Assembly: GCA_051252135.1 (NCBI GenBank)
Contig: JBPOGH010000005.1
Span: 32,001 to 96,000 of the forward strand
Direction of reading: 5' to 3'
Origin: Verrucomicrobiaceae bacterium
GTDB taxonomy: Bacteria > Verrucomicrobiota > Verrucomicrobiia > Verrucomicrobiales > Akkermansiaceae
Length of the DNA stretch: 64,000 nucleotides
Shown: positions 1-10,560 of the stretch, piece by piece
Layout of the letters: the number at the start of each line of letters is the position of its first letter
How positions within the stretch are numbered: the first letter of the stretch is position 1
The notes under the pieces: generated by a model
What the model was told of the DNA's origin: nothing
Seen by the model: only the letters and a program-made list of their open reading frames with translations
Database searches by the model: none
Made by a program: the position numbers and the translations under genes

Positions 1-33
1 ACGCGGACCTCCTCACCGGAGTCCGCGTTTTTT
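1..33 (+). terminator. Probable intrinsic terminator of an upstream gene
   Basis: Stem acgcggac/gtccgcgt followed by a T run. Confidence 0.6.
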
Positions 34-98
34 TGCCCCCTCCCCAAAACGAGAAAAGCTTGATTCCTGCGCCTTCTCGCTTCATGCCGTCCTCCGTT

Positions 99-1049
99 AT
101 GGCATCACAACTCGATAGCTTAAAGGAATTCACCACCGTCGTCGCAGACACCGGTGACTTTGCCTCCATGCAGGAATACCAGCCTCAGGACGCAACCACC
201 AACCCCTCTCTCATCCTCCAGGCTGCTAGCAAGCCCGAGTACCGCGGCATCGTCGAAAAGGCCGTCGCCGAACTCAAGGACTCCGGAAAATCCGGTGACG
301 CCCTCATCGAGGCCATCCTCGACCGCGTCCTCATCCTCTTCGGCCTCGAAATCCTCAAGATCGTTCCCGGCCGCGTCTCCACCGAGGTCGACGCCCGCCT
401 CTCCTTCGATACCGCAGCCACCGTTGCCAAGGCCAAGGAGCTCATCGCCGCCTATGACGCCGAGGGCATCTCCAAGGACCGTGTCCTCATCAAGATCGCT
501 TCCACCTGGGAAGGCATCAAAGCCGCCGAGGAACTCGAAAAGGAAGGTATCCACTGCAACCTCACTCTCCTCTTCGCCTTCGCCCAGGCCGTCGCCTGTG
601 CCGAAGCCGGAGTCCAGCTCATCTCCCCCTTCGTCGGTCGTATCTACGATTGGTACAAAAAGGAAACCGGTGAGGAATACGCAGGTGACAACGATCCCGG
701 CGTCCTCTCCGTCAAGCGCATCTACAACTACTACAAGAAGCACGGCTACCAGACCGAAGTCATGGGCGCTTCCTTCCGGAACGTCGGCCAGATCACCAGC
801 CTCGCCGGTTGTGACCTTCTCACCATCTCCCCCGGTCTTCTCGAAGAACTCCAGAACGCCGAAGGCCCCCTTGAGCGCAAGCTCGACCCCGCCAACGGTT
901 CGGACGACGAGAAAATCTCCCTCGACGAAAAAGCCTTCCGCTTTGAGTTCAACGAGGACGCCATGGCCACCGAAAAGACCGCCCAAGGCATCCGCGCCTT
1001 CTCCGCTGACATCGTCAAGCTCGAGAAGCTCGTCGCCGAAATGATCTAA
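99..1049 (+). CDS. tal: Transaldolase
   Basis: [28 protein letters not shown] and LISPFVGRI motifs; start moved to ATG 99 (MASQLDSLK). Confidence 0.97.
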   Translation: MASQLDSLKEFTTVVADTGDFASMQEYQPQDATTNPSLILQAASKPEYRGIVEKAVAELKDSGKSGDALIEAILDRVLILFGLEILKIVPGRVSTEVDARLSFDTAATVAKAKELIAAYDAEGISKDRVLIKIASTWEGIKAAEELEKEGIHCNLTLLFAFAQAVACAEAGVQLISPFVGRIYDWYKKETGEEYAGDNDPGVLSVKRIYNYYKKHGYQTEVMGASFRNVGQITSLAGCDLLTISPGLLEELQNAEGPLERKLDPANGSDDEKISLDEKAFRFEFNEDAMATEKTAQGIRAFSADIVKLEKLVAEMI

Positions 1050-1067
1050 ATCATTTCACCACTCTCC

Positions 1068-1101
1068 AAAGCGGCACTCCGAAAGGAGTGCCGCTTTTTT
1101 T
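1068..1101 (+). terminator. Intrinsic terminator
   Basis: aaagcggcactcc-gaaa-ggagtgccgcttt perfect hairpin plus T run. Confidence 0.9.
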
Positions 1102-1183
1102 ATCAAGTGGCAGGGCGTCCCGCGGCCTCACATTCCACCTTGCCTTCATTTCCCGATCAGGCAGGCTCTCCCTTCACACATTA

Positions 1184-2959
1184 ATGAAAACCATACCCCT
1201 CCTCTCCCTCTCGTTCCTCCTCGCGGGCCTCGCCCACAGCTATGATGACTACTTCTTCTTCGGCGACTCCCTCACCGATACCGGAAATGTCGCCGCCAGC
1301 CTCGGCGGAAGCCTCGGACCCGGATACCCCGGCACCAGCTTCACCAACGGCACCACCTGGGCCAAATACCTCGACCCCAACCTGACCAACATTGTCAGCC
1401 TTAATGCCACTTCCACCCCCTCTGCTGGCTCGGTGGACTTCTCCTTCGGTGGCGCCACCACCGGCCCATTGGCCAATCCCATCCCCGGTGTCCCCAACTC
1501 CAATACCCACCTCATCAGTCAGGCCTCCCTGTTTGCCACCTCGGCAGCTCCCCTCGTGGAAGCCGACTCCAATGACCTCGCCTTCGTCTGGGCCGGCGGA
1601 AACGATTTCCTCGCCGCCAATGTCACCCTCCCGCCCGCCCAACTTCAAGCCTCTCTCCTCGACATCGCAGACCAAGCCACCACCAATATCACCACCGCAG
1701 TCTCCGAAATCTCCCACACCACCCCGGTCGAAAACATCGCCGTCGTTAACCTCATCAACATCGGCCTCTCCCCCCGCCTCTCCCCTCTCCCCGATGCTGC
1801 CGAAAACTTCGGACGCATCGCCTCGGTCTTCAACTCCCAACTGAACGCCAAGCTCCAGCCGCTCTCCCAACAGGCCAACATCATGGTCATCGATGCCAAC
1901 GCCTTCGTCAGCGACGTCTACCTCAACCCCTCCCGCTACGGCATCTCAAATGTCACCGATCCCAGCGCACCCAATGCCGGATCCGGAGTCCCCTCCCCCC
2001 TCACACCCGCTGAACAGGCCGAACGCCTCTTCTACGATGACATCCACCCCTCCACCATCGTTCACAGGCAATTCGCTCGCTACGTCGCCGCACACCTCGT
2101 CGCCGACCAAAGCGCCGAAACCGCCAACCTCCTCACCGATGCCGCCCTCGCCCTCGACGACCGCTTCGGCTTCGAAACCCAGGACCTCACCACCGGCGAT
2201 GTCCGCTTCGATGTCGCCCTTTCCAATTCGGAAAACCAATCCGGCAACCTCCGCCGCCAAACCCAGGGCCTACGCGCCGACCTCGACTTCGGAGTCAGTG
2301 ACCACATGGCCGTCGGCGCGGAGGTCATCTACGCTCAAGGCGAAGCGGGGAACGCGGAGTTCGACTCCCTTGCCTTCGCCATGGACGCCACCCACGGCGG
2401 CTCCATCAATGGCATGCTCTGGGAAATCGGCCTCGGTGGCGGTGCCATCCAGGGTGATCTCGACCGAAACTTCGGCGTCGGAACCCTCCAAACCACCGGT
2501 GAACAATTTGCCACCGTCTTCACCCTCCACGCCGCCCTCCAAAAAACCGGAGTCAATCTCTTCGGCCGAAACGGATATTGGGAGGTCGGCCTGAAAGAAC
2601 GCCTCGTCTACCGCGATGCCGCCCTCGAAAAAGGCGGCGGCAGCTTGGCCCTCTCCTACGATTCCGACACCATCACCACCACCGTCGCCAACTTCGAACT
2701 CGGCATTGAACTGACCGACACCCTCCTCCTCGAGCTCGCCCTCAATCCCGTCCTCCATTCCTCGGGCGGCAATCTCAGCGGCAGCCAGGTTGGCGGATTC
2801 GGCTCCTTCAATAATCTCGATGCCACCGGCTACGACACCCACACCGCACGCGCCGGCCTCCGCGCCATCCTCAGTCAGTCGACCACTCTCCACGCCGATG
2901 TCATCGCAGGAGACGATAGCACCTGGGGTGCCTCCTTCGGCCTCACCATCGACCTCTAA
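1184..2959 (+). CDS. Secreted SGNH/GDSL esterase with C-terminal beta-barrel (EstA-like autotransporter)
   Basis: Signal peptide, FGDSLTDTGN, WAGGNDF and DDIHPS motifs; amphipathic beta-strand C-terminus; start set to ATG 1184. Confidence 0.85.
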   Translation: MKTIPLLSLSFLLAGLAHSYDDYFFFGDSLTDTGNVAASLGGSLGPGYPGTSFTNGTTWAKYLDPNLTNIVSLNATSTPSAGSVDFSFGGATTGPLANPIPGVPNSNTHLISQASLFATSAAPLVEADSNDLAFVWAGGNDFLAANVTLPPAQLQASLLDIADQATTNITTAVSEISHTTPVENIAVVNLINIGLSPRLSPLPDAAENFGRIASVFNSQLNAKLQPLSQQANIMVIDANAFVSDVYLNPSRYGISNVTDPSAPNAGSGVPSPLTPAEQAERLFYDDIHPSTIVHRQFARYVAAHLVADQSAETANLLTDAALALDDRFGFETQDLTTGDVRFDVALSNSENQSGNLRRQTQGLRADLDFGVSDHMAVGAEVIYAQGEAGNAEFDSLAFAMDATHGGSINGMLWEIGLGGGAIQGDLDRNFGVGTLQTTGEQFATVFTLHAALQKTGVNLFGRNGYWEVGLKERLVYRDAALEKGGGSLALSYDSDTITTTVANFELGIELTDTLLLELALNPVLHSSGGNLSGSQVGGFGSFNNLDATGYDTHTARAGLRAILSQSTTLHADVIAGDDSTWGASFGLTIDL

Positions 2960-2983
2960 AAGATTCCCGCAGCCACCCTTTCC

Positions 2984-3016
2984 AAGGCCGTCGGATCGCT
3001 CCGACGGCCTTTATTT
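2984..3016 (+). terminator. Intrinsic terminator
   Basis: aaggccgtcgga-tcgc-tccgacggcctt hairpin followed by a T-rich tail. Confidence 0.75.
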
Positions 3017-3117
3017 GTCAGACAGCTCACCCTTCCCGCCATTTTCTAGGAAAATCCCGAATTTTCGTCTGACATCACCCCCCTTTCTCCCCTAACTTCC
3101 CGCCCTTAGCTCATCCC

Positions 3118-6100
3118 ATGGCAACTCAACAAAAACTCCTCGTAGCCAACCGTGGCGAAATCGCCATCCGTGTCTTCCGCGCCGCCACCGAACTCGGCCT
3201 CCGCACTGTCGCCATCTATGCCGAAGAAGACCGCTTCTCACGCCACCGCTTCAAGGCCGACGAATCCTACCAGCTCGATAAATCAAAAGGACCCGTCGGC
3301 GCTTATCTCGACTACGAAGGCATCGTCGCTCTCGCCAAATCAAAAGGCGTCACTCTCATCCATCCCGGCTACGGATTCCTCTCGGAAAATGCCGATTTCG
3401 CCCGCGCCTGCGAGCGGGAAGGCATCACCTTCATCGGACCATCCGCCGACCTCCTCGGCTCCATGGGCGATAAGACCGCCGCGCGCGCCCAAGCCATCGC
3501 CGCCAAGGTCCCCGTTCTCCCCGGAACTGACGACGCCATCTCGGACCCCGACCAAGCCCTCACCGTCGCTCACGAGGTCGGATTCCCCCTCATCATCAAG
3601 GCCGCCTTCGGTGGCGGCGGTCGCGGCATGCGCATCGTCGAAAAACCCTCCGAGCTCCAGGCCCGCCTCAAGGAAGCCCAGGAGGAAGCACTCAATGCCT
3701 TCGGAAATGACGCCGTCTTCCTCGAGCGCTACATCAAGCGCGCCAAGCACATCGAAGTCCAAATCCTCGGCGACCAACACGGAAACGTCGTCCACCTCCA
3801 CGAGCGCGATTGCTCCGTCCAACGTCGCTACCAAAAGGTCGTCGAAATCGCCCCCTCCATCGACCTCGAGGGCGACCTCCGCAACGAGCTCTGCCTCTCC
3901 GCCGCCAATCTCGCCAAGTCCATCGGCTACAACAATGCCGGCACCGTCGAATTCCTCTACGACATGGATTCCAAAGAGTGGTTCTTCATCGAAATGAACC
4001 CCCGCATCCAGGTCGAGCACACCGTCACCGAGTGCGTCACCGGCATCGACCTCGTCCGCTCACAAATCCTCGTCGCCCAAGGCAAAAAACTTCACGAGCC
4101 CGAGATCGGCATCCCCGCCCAGGAGGACATCCCCTGCAACGGCTACGCCATCCAGTGCCGCATCACCACCGAGGACCCCGAAAAAGGCTTCGCACCCGAC
4201 TACGGACGCATCACCAACTACCGCTCCGCCGCCGGCTTCGGCATCCGTCTCGACTCCGGAAATGGCGACGCCGGAGCCGTCATCACCCCCTACTACGACT
4301 CCATGCTCGTCAAGCTCACCGCCATGGGCCGTGACTTCGAGACCGCCTGCCAGCGCACCGACCGCGCCCTCCGCGAGTTCCGCATCCGCGGCGTGAAGAC
4401 CAATATCCCCTTCCTCGAGAACGTCATCGCAGACCCCACCTTCCGCTCCGGTAACGCGCACACCAAGCTCATCGACTCCCAGCCGAGCCTCTTCGAGTTC
4501 GCCCCCAAGCGCGACCGCGCCACCAAGCTCCTCAACTACCTCTCTGACATCACCGTCAACGGAAACCCCGGAGCCAAAAACTGGCGCCCCGCCAAACCCT
4601 TCCCAACCCCCCGGATCCCTTCTTCCACTTCAAACTTAACACTTGAAACTTCAAACTCCGTTGGGTCGCGCACGATCCTCCTGGAAAAAGGCCCAGACCA
4701 ATTCGCTCAGTGGATCAAAGATGAGTCCCGCTTGCTGGTCACCGACACAACGATGCGCGACGCGCACCAGTCGCTCATCGCGACCCGCATGCGCACCTAC
4801 GACATGCTCGCCATCGCCGAGGCCTACGCCAACCGCACCCCGAACCTTTTCTCCATGGAAATGTGGGGCGGCGCCACCTTCGACACCTCCATGCGCTTCC
4901 TCAAGGAAGACCCCTGGGAACGCCTCCGCGAACTCCGCGAGCGCATCCCGAACATCTGCTTCCAGATGCTCTTCCGGGGCTCCAATGCCGTCGGTTACTC
5001 GAACTACCCCGATAACGTCGTCGCCGGCTTCGTCAAGCACGCCGCCGACTCCGGCATGGACATCTTCCGCATCTTCGACTCCCTCAACTACCTTCCCAAC
5101 ATGAAGGTCGCCATGGAAGCCGCCCGCGAACACGGCAAGGCCGTCTGTGAAGCCGCCGTCTGCTACACCGGAGACATCACCGACCCCAACCGCGCCAAAT
5201 ACTCCCTCCAATATTACGTCGATAAGGCCAAGGAGTTGGAAAAAATGGGAGCCCATATTCTCTGCATCAAGGACATGGCCGGCCTCGCCCACCCCGCCGC
5301 CATCTCCAAGCTCGTCTCCACCCTCAAGCAAGAGATCGGCATCCCCATCCACTTCCACACCCACGACACCTCGGGCCTCAACGCCGCCTCCATCATGGCC
5401 GCGTCCGATGCCGGAGTCGACATCGCCGACATGGCCCTCGCCTCCATGTCCGGGTCCACCAGTCAGCCCAACCTCAACTCGGTCAACGCCGCGATGAAAG
5501 GAAACGAGCGCCACCCCGGCCTCGATAACGACACCATCAACGAGCTCTCCGACTACTGGGAAGAAATCCTCACCCACTACGAGCCCTTCTACTCCGCTCC
5601 CCGCAGCGGCACCGCCGAGGTCTACCTCCACGAAATGCCCGGCGGCCAATACACCAACCTCAAGGAACAAGCCAACGGCATGGGCCTCGGCCACCGCTGG
5701 CAGGAAATCGCCCACACCTACGCGGATGTGAACCAACTCTTCGGCGACATCGTCAAGGTCACCCCGTCCTCGAAAGTCGTCGGTGACATGACCATGCTCC
5801 TCGTCACCCAGAACCTCAAAGCCTCTGACCTCCTCAACGGAAACGCCCCCGCCCTCGACTTCCCCGAGTCGGTCATCGACATGCTCTCCGGAGGCCTCGG
5901 CCAACCCGATGGCGGCTGGCCCAAGGAAATCCAAAAACTCGTCCTCGGCGATAAAGTCCCCGTCACCGTAAGACCCGGCGAACTCGCCGCTCCCTGCGAC
6001 CTCGAGCAAACCAAAGCCGAACTCGCCCAAACCCTCGAGCGCGAGGCAAATGACGATGACCTCTACAGTCACCTCATGTATCCGCAGGTCTTCGCCGAGT

Positions 6101-6579
6101 TCCAGCAAAGCCTCAAGGACTACGACCGCCTCACCGTCCTCCCCACCCCCGCCTACTTCTACGGCCTCAGTGGAGCCGAGGAAATCAACGTCGAGATCGC
6201 CCCCGGCAAAACCCTCTTCATCAAGCTCATCTCCATCGGCGAAGCCGACTCCGAAGGACGTCGTACTTTGTTCTTCGAGCTCAACGGCATGCCCCGTGAA
6301 ACCGTCGTCGTCGACCGCGCCCTCGGCAAGGAAGCCGTCGCCAACCTCAAGGCCGAACCCAGCAACCCCAAGCACATCGCCGCCCCCCTCCCCGGCATGA
6401 TCAGCGAGGTCGCCGTAAAACCCGGAGACGAAGTCAAAGAAGGCGACAAACTCGTCGTCATCGAAGCCATGAAAATGCTCACCACCGTCTCCGCCCCCGC
6501 CGACGGAACCGTCGGAGAAGTCCTCCTCGCAAAAGGCAAATCCGCCGACACCGGCGACCTCCTTGCGACACTACAGTAG
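3118..6579 (+). CDS. pyc: Pyruvate carboxylase
   Basis: ANRGEIA and RDCSVQRR (biotin carboxylase), RDAHQS and HFHTHDT (carboxyltransferase), EAMKM biotinyl motif; 1153 aa. Confidence 0.98.
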   Translation: MATQQKLLVANRGEIAIRVFRAATELGLRTVAIYAEEDRFSRHRFKADESYQLDKSKGPVGAYLDYEGIVALAKSKGVTLIHPGYGFLSENADFARACEREGITFIGPSADLLGSMGDKTAARAQAIAAKVPVLPGTDDAISDPDQALTVAHEVGFPLIIKAAFGGGGRGMRIVEKPSELQARLKEAQEEALNAFGNDAVFLERYIKRAKHIEVQILGDQHGNVVHLHERDCSVQRRYQKVVEIAPSIDLEGDLRNELCLSAANLAKSIGYNNAGTVEFLYDMDSKEWFFIEMNPRIQVEHTVTECVTGIDLVRSQILVAQGKKLHEPEIGIPAQEDIPCNGYAIQCRITTEDPEKGFAPDYGRITNYRSAAGFGIRLDSGNGDAGAVITPYYDSMLVKLTAMGRDFETACQRTDRALREFRIRGVKTNIPFLENVIADPTFRSGNAHTKLIDSQPSLFEFAPKRDRATKLLNYLSDITVNGNPGAKNWRPAKPFPTPRIPSSTSNLTLETSNSVGSRTILLEKGPDQFAQWIKDESRLLVTDTTMRDAHQSLIATRMRTYDMLAIAEAYANRTPNLFSMEMWGGATFDTSMRFLKEDPWERLRELRERIPNICFQMLFRGSNAVGYSNYPDNVVAGFVKHAADSGMDIFRIFDSLNYLPNMKVAMEAAREHGKAVCEAAVCYTGDITDPNRAKYSLQYYVDKAKELEKMGAHILCIKDMAGLAHPAAISKLVSTLKQEIGIPIHFHTHDTSGLNAASIMAASDAGVDIADMALASMSGSTSQPNLNSVNAAMKGNERHPGLDNDTINELSDYWEEILTHYEPFYSAPRSGTAEVYLHEMPGGQYTNLKEQANGMGLGHRWQEIAHTYADVNQLFGDIVKVTPSSKVVGDMTMLLVTQNLKASDLLNGNAPALDFPESVIDMLSGGLGQPDGGWPKEIQKLVLGDKVPVTVRPGELAAPCDLEQTKAELAQTLEREANDDDLYSHLMYPQVFAEFQQSLKDYDRLTVLPTPAYFYGLSGAEEINVEIAPGKTLFIKLISIGEADSEGRRTLFFELNGMPRETVVVDRALGKEAVANLKAEPSNPKHIAAPLPGMISEVAVKPGDEVKEGDKLVVIEAMKMLTTVSAPADGTVGEVLLAKGKSADTGDLLATLQ

Positions 6580-6584
6580 TCCTC

Positions 6585-6887
6585 CCGCCCCAACGGGGTA
6601 AACTAACGTAGCCTAGGGCATCGCCCTGGGTCCCCGGCTCCCCATCAAACCGCCCCAAAGGGGTAAAATAACGTAGCGAAGGGCAAAGCGAGGAACGAGC
6701 GCCGCCCTGGTCCACCCACCCCGAGAAATTATGAGCCCTGTAAGGGCGAGATAATCTCCCACGCTCCCCATCAACCCGCCCCAAAGGGGCAAAATAACGT
6801 AGCGAAGGGCAGAGCGAGGAACGAGCGTCGCCCTGGTCCAACCACCCCCGGGAAATCATGAGCCCTGTAAGGGCGACATAATCTCCC
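6585..6887. repeat. REP-like palindromic tandem repeat: two units of about 125 bp plus a partial unit
   Basis: Near-identical units 6637-6760 and 6763-6887, partial copy 6585-6632; internal hairpins gcccc-aaa-gggg, agggc..gccct and gccctgtaagggc. Confidence 0.85.
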
Positions 6888-6946
6888 GCAAACCACCTCA
6901 CCCCCGCATCCTTCCCTCCCCTCCAAAAAACTGGTATCCCCTCCCC

Positions 6947-7622
6947 ATGCCCCAATCCCTCGCGAACATCTACCTCCACTTGATCTTCTCGACCCGCGAC
7001 CGCCTCCCCCTCCTCACCGACGCCGTCCGCCCCTCCCTTCACGCCTACTTTGCTCAAATCGGCAACGCCCTCGACTGCCCCATCATCCTCGTCAACTCCG
7101 TCGAGGACCACGTCCACATCCTCCACCGCCTCTCCCGGACCACCACCATCGCCAAAGCCGTCGAAGAATTCAAAAAATCGACCTCCAAATGGCTTAGAGG
7201 CTGTCTTAAAAATGCCGAATGAGTGCTGCGAAGAAATTTCTCTTCAGGCAAGGCGGGACGATGGAGTTGGTGAACACCAGCGACTGAGGACCAACGCCGC
7301 TTGAAGTGAAAGGACTCGCAGCCCTTCAGGGTTCACCTTCTGCCTCCTCAGCGAAGCTGCAATTCCTTCAAGACCCCAAAATCAGAACACTCGTTGGGCA
7401 TTTTTCAGACGGCCTCTTAAATCCCAATCCCCCGGCCTCGCCCAATTCTCCTGGCAATCCGGTTACGGCGCCTTCTCCCTCAGCGAATCCCAACTCGATT
7501 CCGTCACCACCTACATCCGCAACCAACGCGAACACCACCGCACCAAATCCTTCCAGGAAGAGCTCCGCGAATTCCTCACCAAAAACAACCTCCCCTTAGA
7601 CGAGAAATTCGTCTGGGATTGA
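6947..7622 (+). pseudogene. tnpA: IS200/IS605-family (Y1 HUH, RAYT-like) transposase interrupted by a MITE
   Basis: 5' part has HLIFST, EDHVH and KKSTSKWL. Removing 7197-7419 restores a 150-aa frame continuing FSWQSGYGAFS...YIRNQREHH...VWD*. Confidence 0.92.
7197..7416. mobile_element. 220-bp MITE with 29-bp imperfect TIRs and TTA target duplication
   Basis: Left end gaggctgtcttaaaaatgccgaatgagtg matches the reverse complement of the right end (gaggccgtctgaaaaatgcccaacgagtg) at 25/29; TTA at 7194-7196 and 7417-7419. Confidence 0.92.
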
Positions 7623-7678
7623 ATCCAGTTCGGTTCTCTGCAAAATCCACCTGCATCATTCCGCGCACATCATTCCTC

Positions 7679-9334
7679 ATGAAGATCACCCGCTCACTCC
7701 TGGCCTTCCTCCTCTCCGCAACCACCATCCTCGCTCAAGAGTCGCACAAAGCCGACGTCATCGTCTACGGCGGCACCTCCGCGGCTGTCATCGCCGCCGT
7801 CCAGGCCAAGAAGATGGGCAAGTCCGTCATCATCGTCTCTCCCGACAAGCACCTCGGCGGACTCTCCTCCGGTGGACTCGGCTGGACCGATACCGGCCGA
7901 AAAGGCGCCGTCGGCGGACTCTCCCGGAACTTCTACGAGCGCGTCTTCGATCACTACCAAAACGAAAAATCCTGGAACTGGCAAAAACGCTCCGAATACA
8001 CCGGCTCCGGCACCCGCACCATCGACAATGGCGACGGCAGCATGTGGATGTTCGAGCCCCACGTTGCCGAAAAAATCTTCGAGGACCACATCAAGGAAAA
8101 CGACCTTATCGTCCACCGCGACCAATGGCTCAACCGCGAGACCGGCGTCAAAATGGCCGGGGGCAACATCACCCAAATCACGACCCTCTCGAAGTATCAA
8201 TACGAAGGAAAAATCTACATCGATGCCACCTACGAGGGCGACCTCATGGCCGCTGCCGGAGTCAGCTACCACGTCGGCCGCGAGTCCAATGCCACCTACG
8301 GCGAGACCTGGAACGGCGTGCAAGTCGGCGTCCTCCACCACGGCCACCACTTCGCCGACATGAAAATGTCCCCCTACGTCACCCCCGGCGATCCCGCCAG
8401 CGGACTCCTCCCCCGCATCTCCGCCGAGCACCCCGGCAACAAGGGTGAGGGCGACAACAAAGTCCAAGCCTACTGCTTCCGCATGTGCCTCTCCAACCAC
8501 CCCGAAAACCGCGTCCCCTTCACAAAGCCCGAAGGCTACGACCCCAATCAATACGCCCTCTTCGCCCGCATCCTCGACACCGGCTGGAACGAGGTCTTTG
8601 AGCAATTCGACATCCTTCCCAACTACAAGACCGATACCAACAACCACGGCCCCTTCAACACCGACAACATCGGGATGAACTACGACTACCCCGAGGCCTC
8701 CTACGAGCGCCGCCGTGAAATCATCAAAGAGCACGAGATCTACCAAAAGGGCATGATGTACTTCCTCGCCAACGACCCGCGCGTTCCCGAAAAAATCCGT
8801 AAGGAAATGAGCACCTGGGGCTTGGCCAAGGACGAGTTCACCGACAACGGCAACTGGCCACACCAACTCTACATCCGCGAGGCCCGCCGCATGATTGGCG
8901 ACTACGTCACCACCCAACTCGACGTCCAAGGCAAACGCGAAACCCCCAAACCCATCGGCATGGGCTCCTACACCATGGACTCCCACAACGTGCAACGCTA
9001 CATCACCCCCGAAGGCCACGTTCAAAATGAAGGCGACATCGGAGTCACCCCCAAAAAGCCCTACCACATCTCCTACGGCTCCATCACTCCCAAGAAGGAA
9101 GAGTGCAAAAACCTCCTCGTCCCCGCCGCCGTCTCCAGCTCACACATCGCCTTCGGCTCCATCCGCATGGAACCCGTCTTCATGATCCTCGGCCAAAGCG
9201 CCGGCACCGCCGCCGCCCTCTCCATCGATGACAACGTCGCCGTCCAGGACCTCGACTACGCCAAGCTCCGCAAACGCCTCCTCGCCGACAAACAACGCCT
9301 CGACCCAAACCAAAAAATCCAAAAGCGTCCGTAG
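7679..9334 (+). CDS. Secreted FAD-dependent oxidoreductase (FAD_oxidored-type)
   Basis: Signal peptide, DVIVYGGTSAAV, IDATYEGDL, LYIREARRM and SIRMEPVFM motifs. Confidence 0.88.
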   Translation: MKITRSLLAFLLSATTILAQESHKADVIVYGGTSAAVIAAVQAKKMGKSVIIVSPDKHLGGLSSGGLGWTDTGRKGAVGGLSRNFYERVFDHYQNEKSWNWQKRSEYTGSGTRTIDNGDGSMWMFEPHVAEKIFEDHIKENDLIVHRDQWLNRETGVKMAGGNITQITTLSKYQYEGKIYIDATYEGDLMAAAGVSYHVGRESNATYGETWNGVQVGVLHHGHHFADMKMSPYVTPGDPASGLLPRISAEHPGNKGEGDNKVQAYCFRMCLSNHPENRVPFTKPEGYDPNQYALFARILDTGWNEVFEQFDILPNYKTDTNNHGPFNTDNIGMNYDYPEASYERRREIIKEHEIYQKGMMYFLANDPRVPEKIRKEMSTWGLAKDEFTDNGNWPHQLYIREARRMIGDYVTTQLDVQGKRETPKPIGMGSYTMDSHNVQRYITPEGHVQNEGDIGVTPKKPYHISYGSITPKKEECKNLLVPAAVSSSHIAFGSIRMEPVFMILGQSAGTAAALSIDDNVAVQDLDYAKLRKRLLADKQRLDPNQKIQKRP

Positions 9335-9403
9335 GTTTCAATACACCTCCGGGGATGATCTCTTCCACTCGTCCCCGCCCCCCGTCCCGCCGTCATCTTC
9401 CCC

Positions 9404-10486
9404 TCATTCCTTTGCCTCTTTCTCAACTTCTCTTCGTCTCACTGCTTCCTCCAACACCTCGATTCCCCTGCGATGATTTGGATCATTCTCTCGGGACCGC
9501 AGTTCTTCAGTGAAATCGATGACATCGGAACCGGAAGACTCCTCGGGCGAAGAATAGAGAGCCCAAATCATCATCATATTCAGCGGAACCAGAAGGACCC
9601 AGCCAACGGATGCAAAATGGAACTTCGTCCGAATATATTCTGCCGGATCGGTCGAAACCAGGCTCTTGCGATACTCCAGCCGTTGAAAAAAGCGATGCCT
9701 CCACCAAAGAATGATATTCTCCCTGTCTGCCGAACCACGAAAAACCCCGCTTGAAGGCGCTAAAAAACAAATAGCAAGCGGAAGAAGAACAATCGAAAAG
9801 ATCAAAGAGATCCTGGCGCTCTCCCAATCTCGGCCCAACGCAACAGGCACTAGGGAAAATAGAAACCAGGAAAACACGTAGATTCGCAACAAGCTCGGTC
9901 GCGATCCTCCCCGCACCTCCTCGATGAGCTCCTGCTGATCAATTTTCTGAGCCTCTTCGTGCTCACTCTGAAACATTTCCCGCCTCTTCAGCATTTCAGA
10001 GATCAATTTCGCTTCCTCAAGGTCACGGCAGGCACCAATGCCCAGAACCTTCATCCCGTTGGGCCTCAACAACTCAACGAAAAGCTCACCTTCCTCATTG
10101 GCCATGGCGGTATAGCTGAGATCCTCCGTCAGCGGAACTTTGCGGAGCCATAACTTAAAACCAAAAAGTACCCAACCCATTCGAACCTCCCTTCGTGGAA
10201 ACACCCAATAAACAAGCCTCCCAAGAGCGAAACAGATCATCATCAGTCCGAGCCCAAAAATCGGTAGCAATCTGGCCAGATAACGATCGGAATCCGCCTC
10301 CCGGGTAACAGCGATCACAATAGCGGAACCAACAACCATAAGCACTCCTATCAATCCAAACCCTACTCTGGCCCTCATTGACAAATGTTCGGGTTCCAGT
10401 TCCGTCGCTTGCACAACACCCCCACCAAAAATTTGTCCTCGCTGCGAAATCTTCATATCTCTTCTCGTCCTTGCCGATATCACCAA
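9404..10486 (-). CDS. Hypothetical multi-pass membrane protein
   Basis: 360-aa ORF with several hydrophobic helices and G-rich minus-strand codon pattern; start uncertain. Confidence 0.6.
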   Translation of the reverse strand: MVISARTRRDMKISQRGQIFGGGVVQATELEPEHLSMRARVGFGLIGVLMVVGSAIVIAVTREADSDRYLARLLPIFGLGLMMICFALGRLVYWVFPRREVRMGWVLFGFKLWLRKVPLTEDLSYTAMANEEGELFVELLRPNGMKVLGIGACRDLEEAKLISEMLKRREMFQSEHEEAQKIDQQELIEEVRGGSRPSLLRIYVFSWFLFSLVPVALGRDWESARISLIFSIVLLPLAICFLAPSSGVFRGSADRENIILWWRHRFFQRLEYRKSLVSTDPAEYIRTKFHFASVGWVLLVPLNMMMIWALYSSPEESSGSDVIDFTEELRSRENDPNHRRGIEVLEEAVRRREVEKEAKE

Positions 10487-10560
10487 ATCACGCCGACCTT
10501 GAAAAGGGACGATCCTCTTTGCTCGTTCAAACCTGAAAACCTAAACACCTCCCCCAAAAA

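Noticed and set aside
6585..6887. Tandem repeat as a possible CRISPR array
   Set aside because: Units are near-identical along their whole length with no unique spacers
7404..7415. ttcagacggcct, identical to a Neisseriaceae DNA uptake sequence variant
   Set aside because: Single occurrence noticed, and it is part of the MITE right TIR
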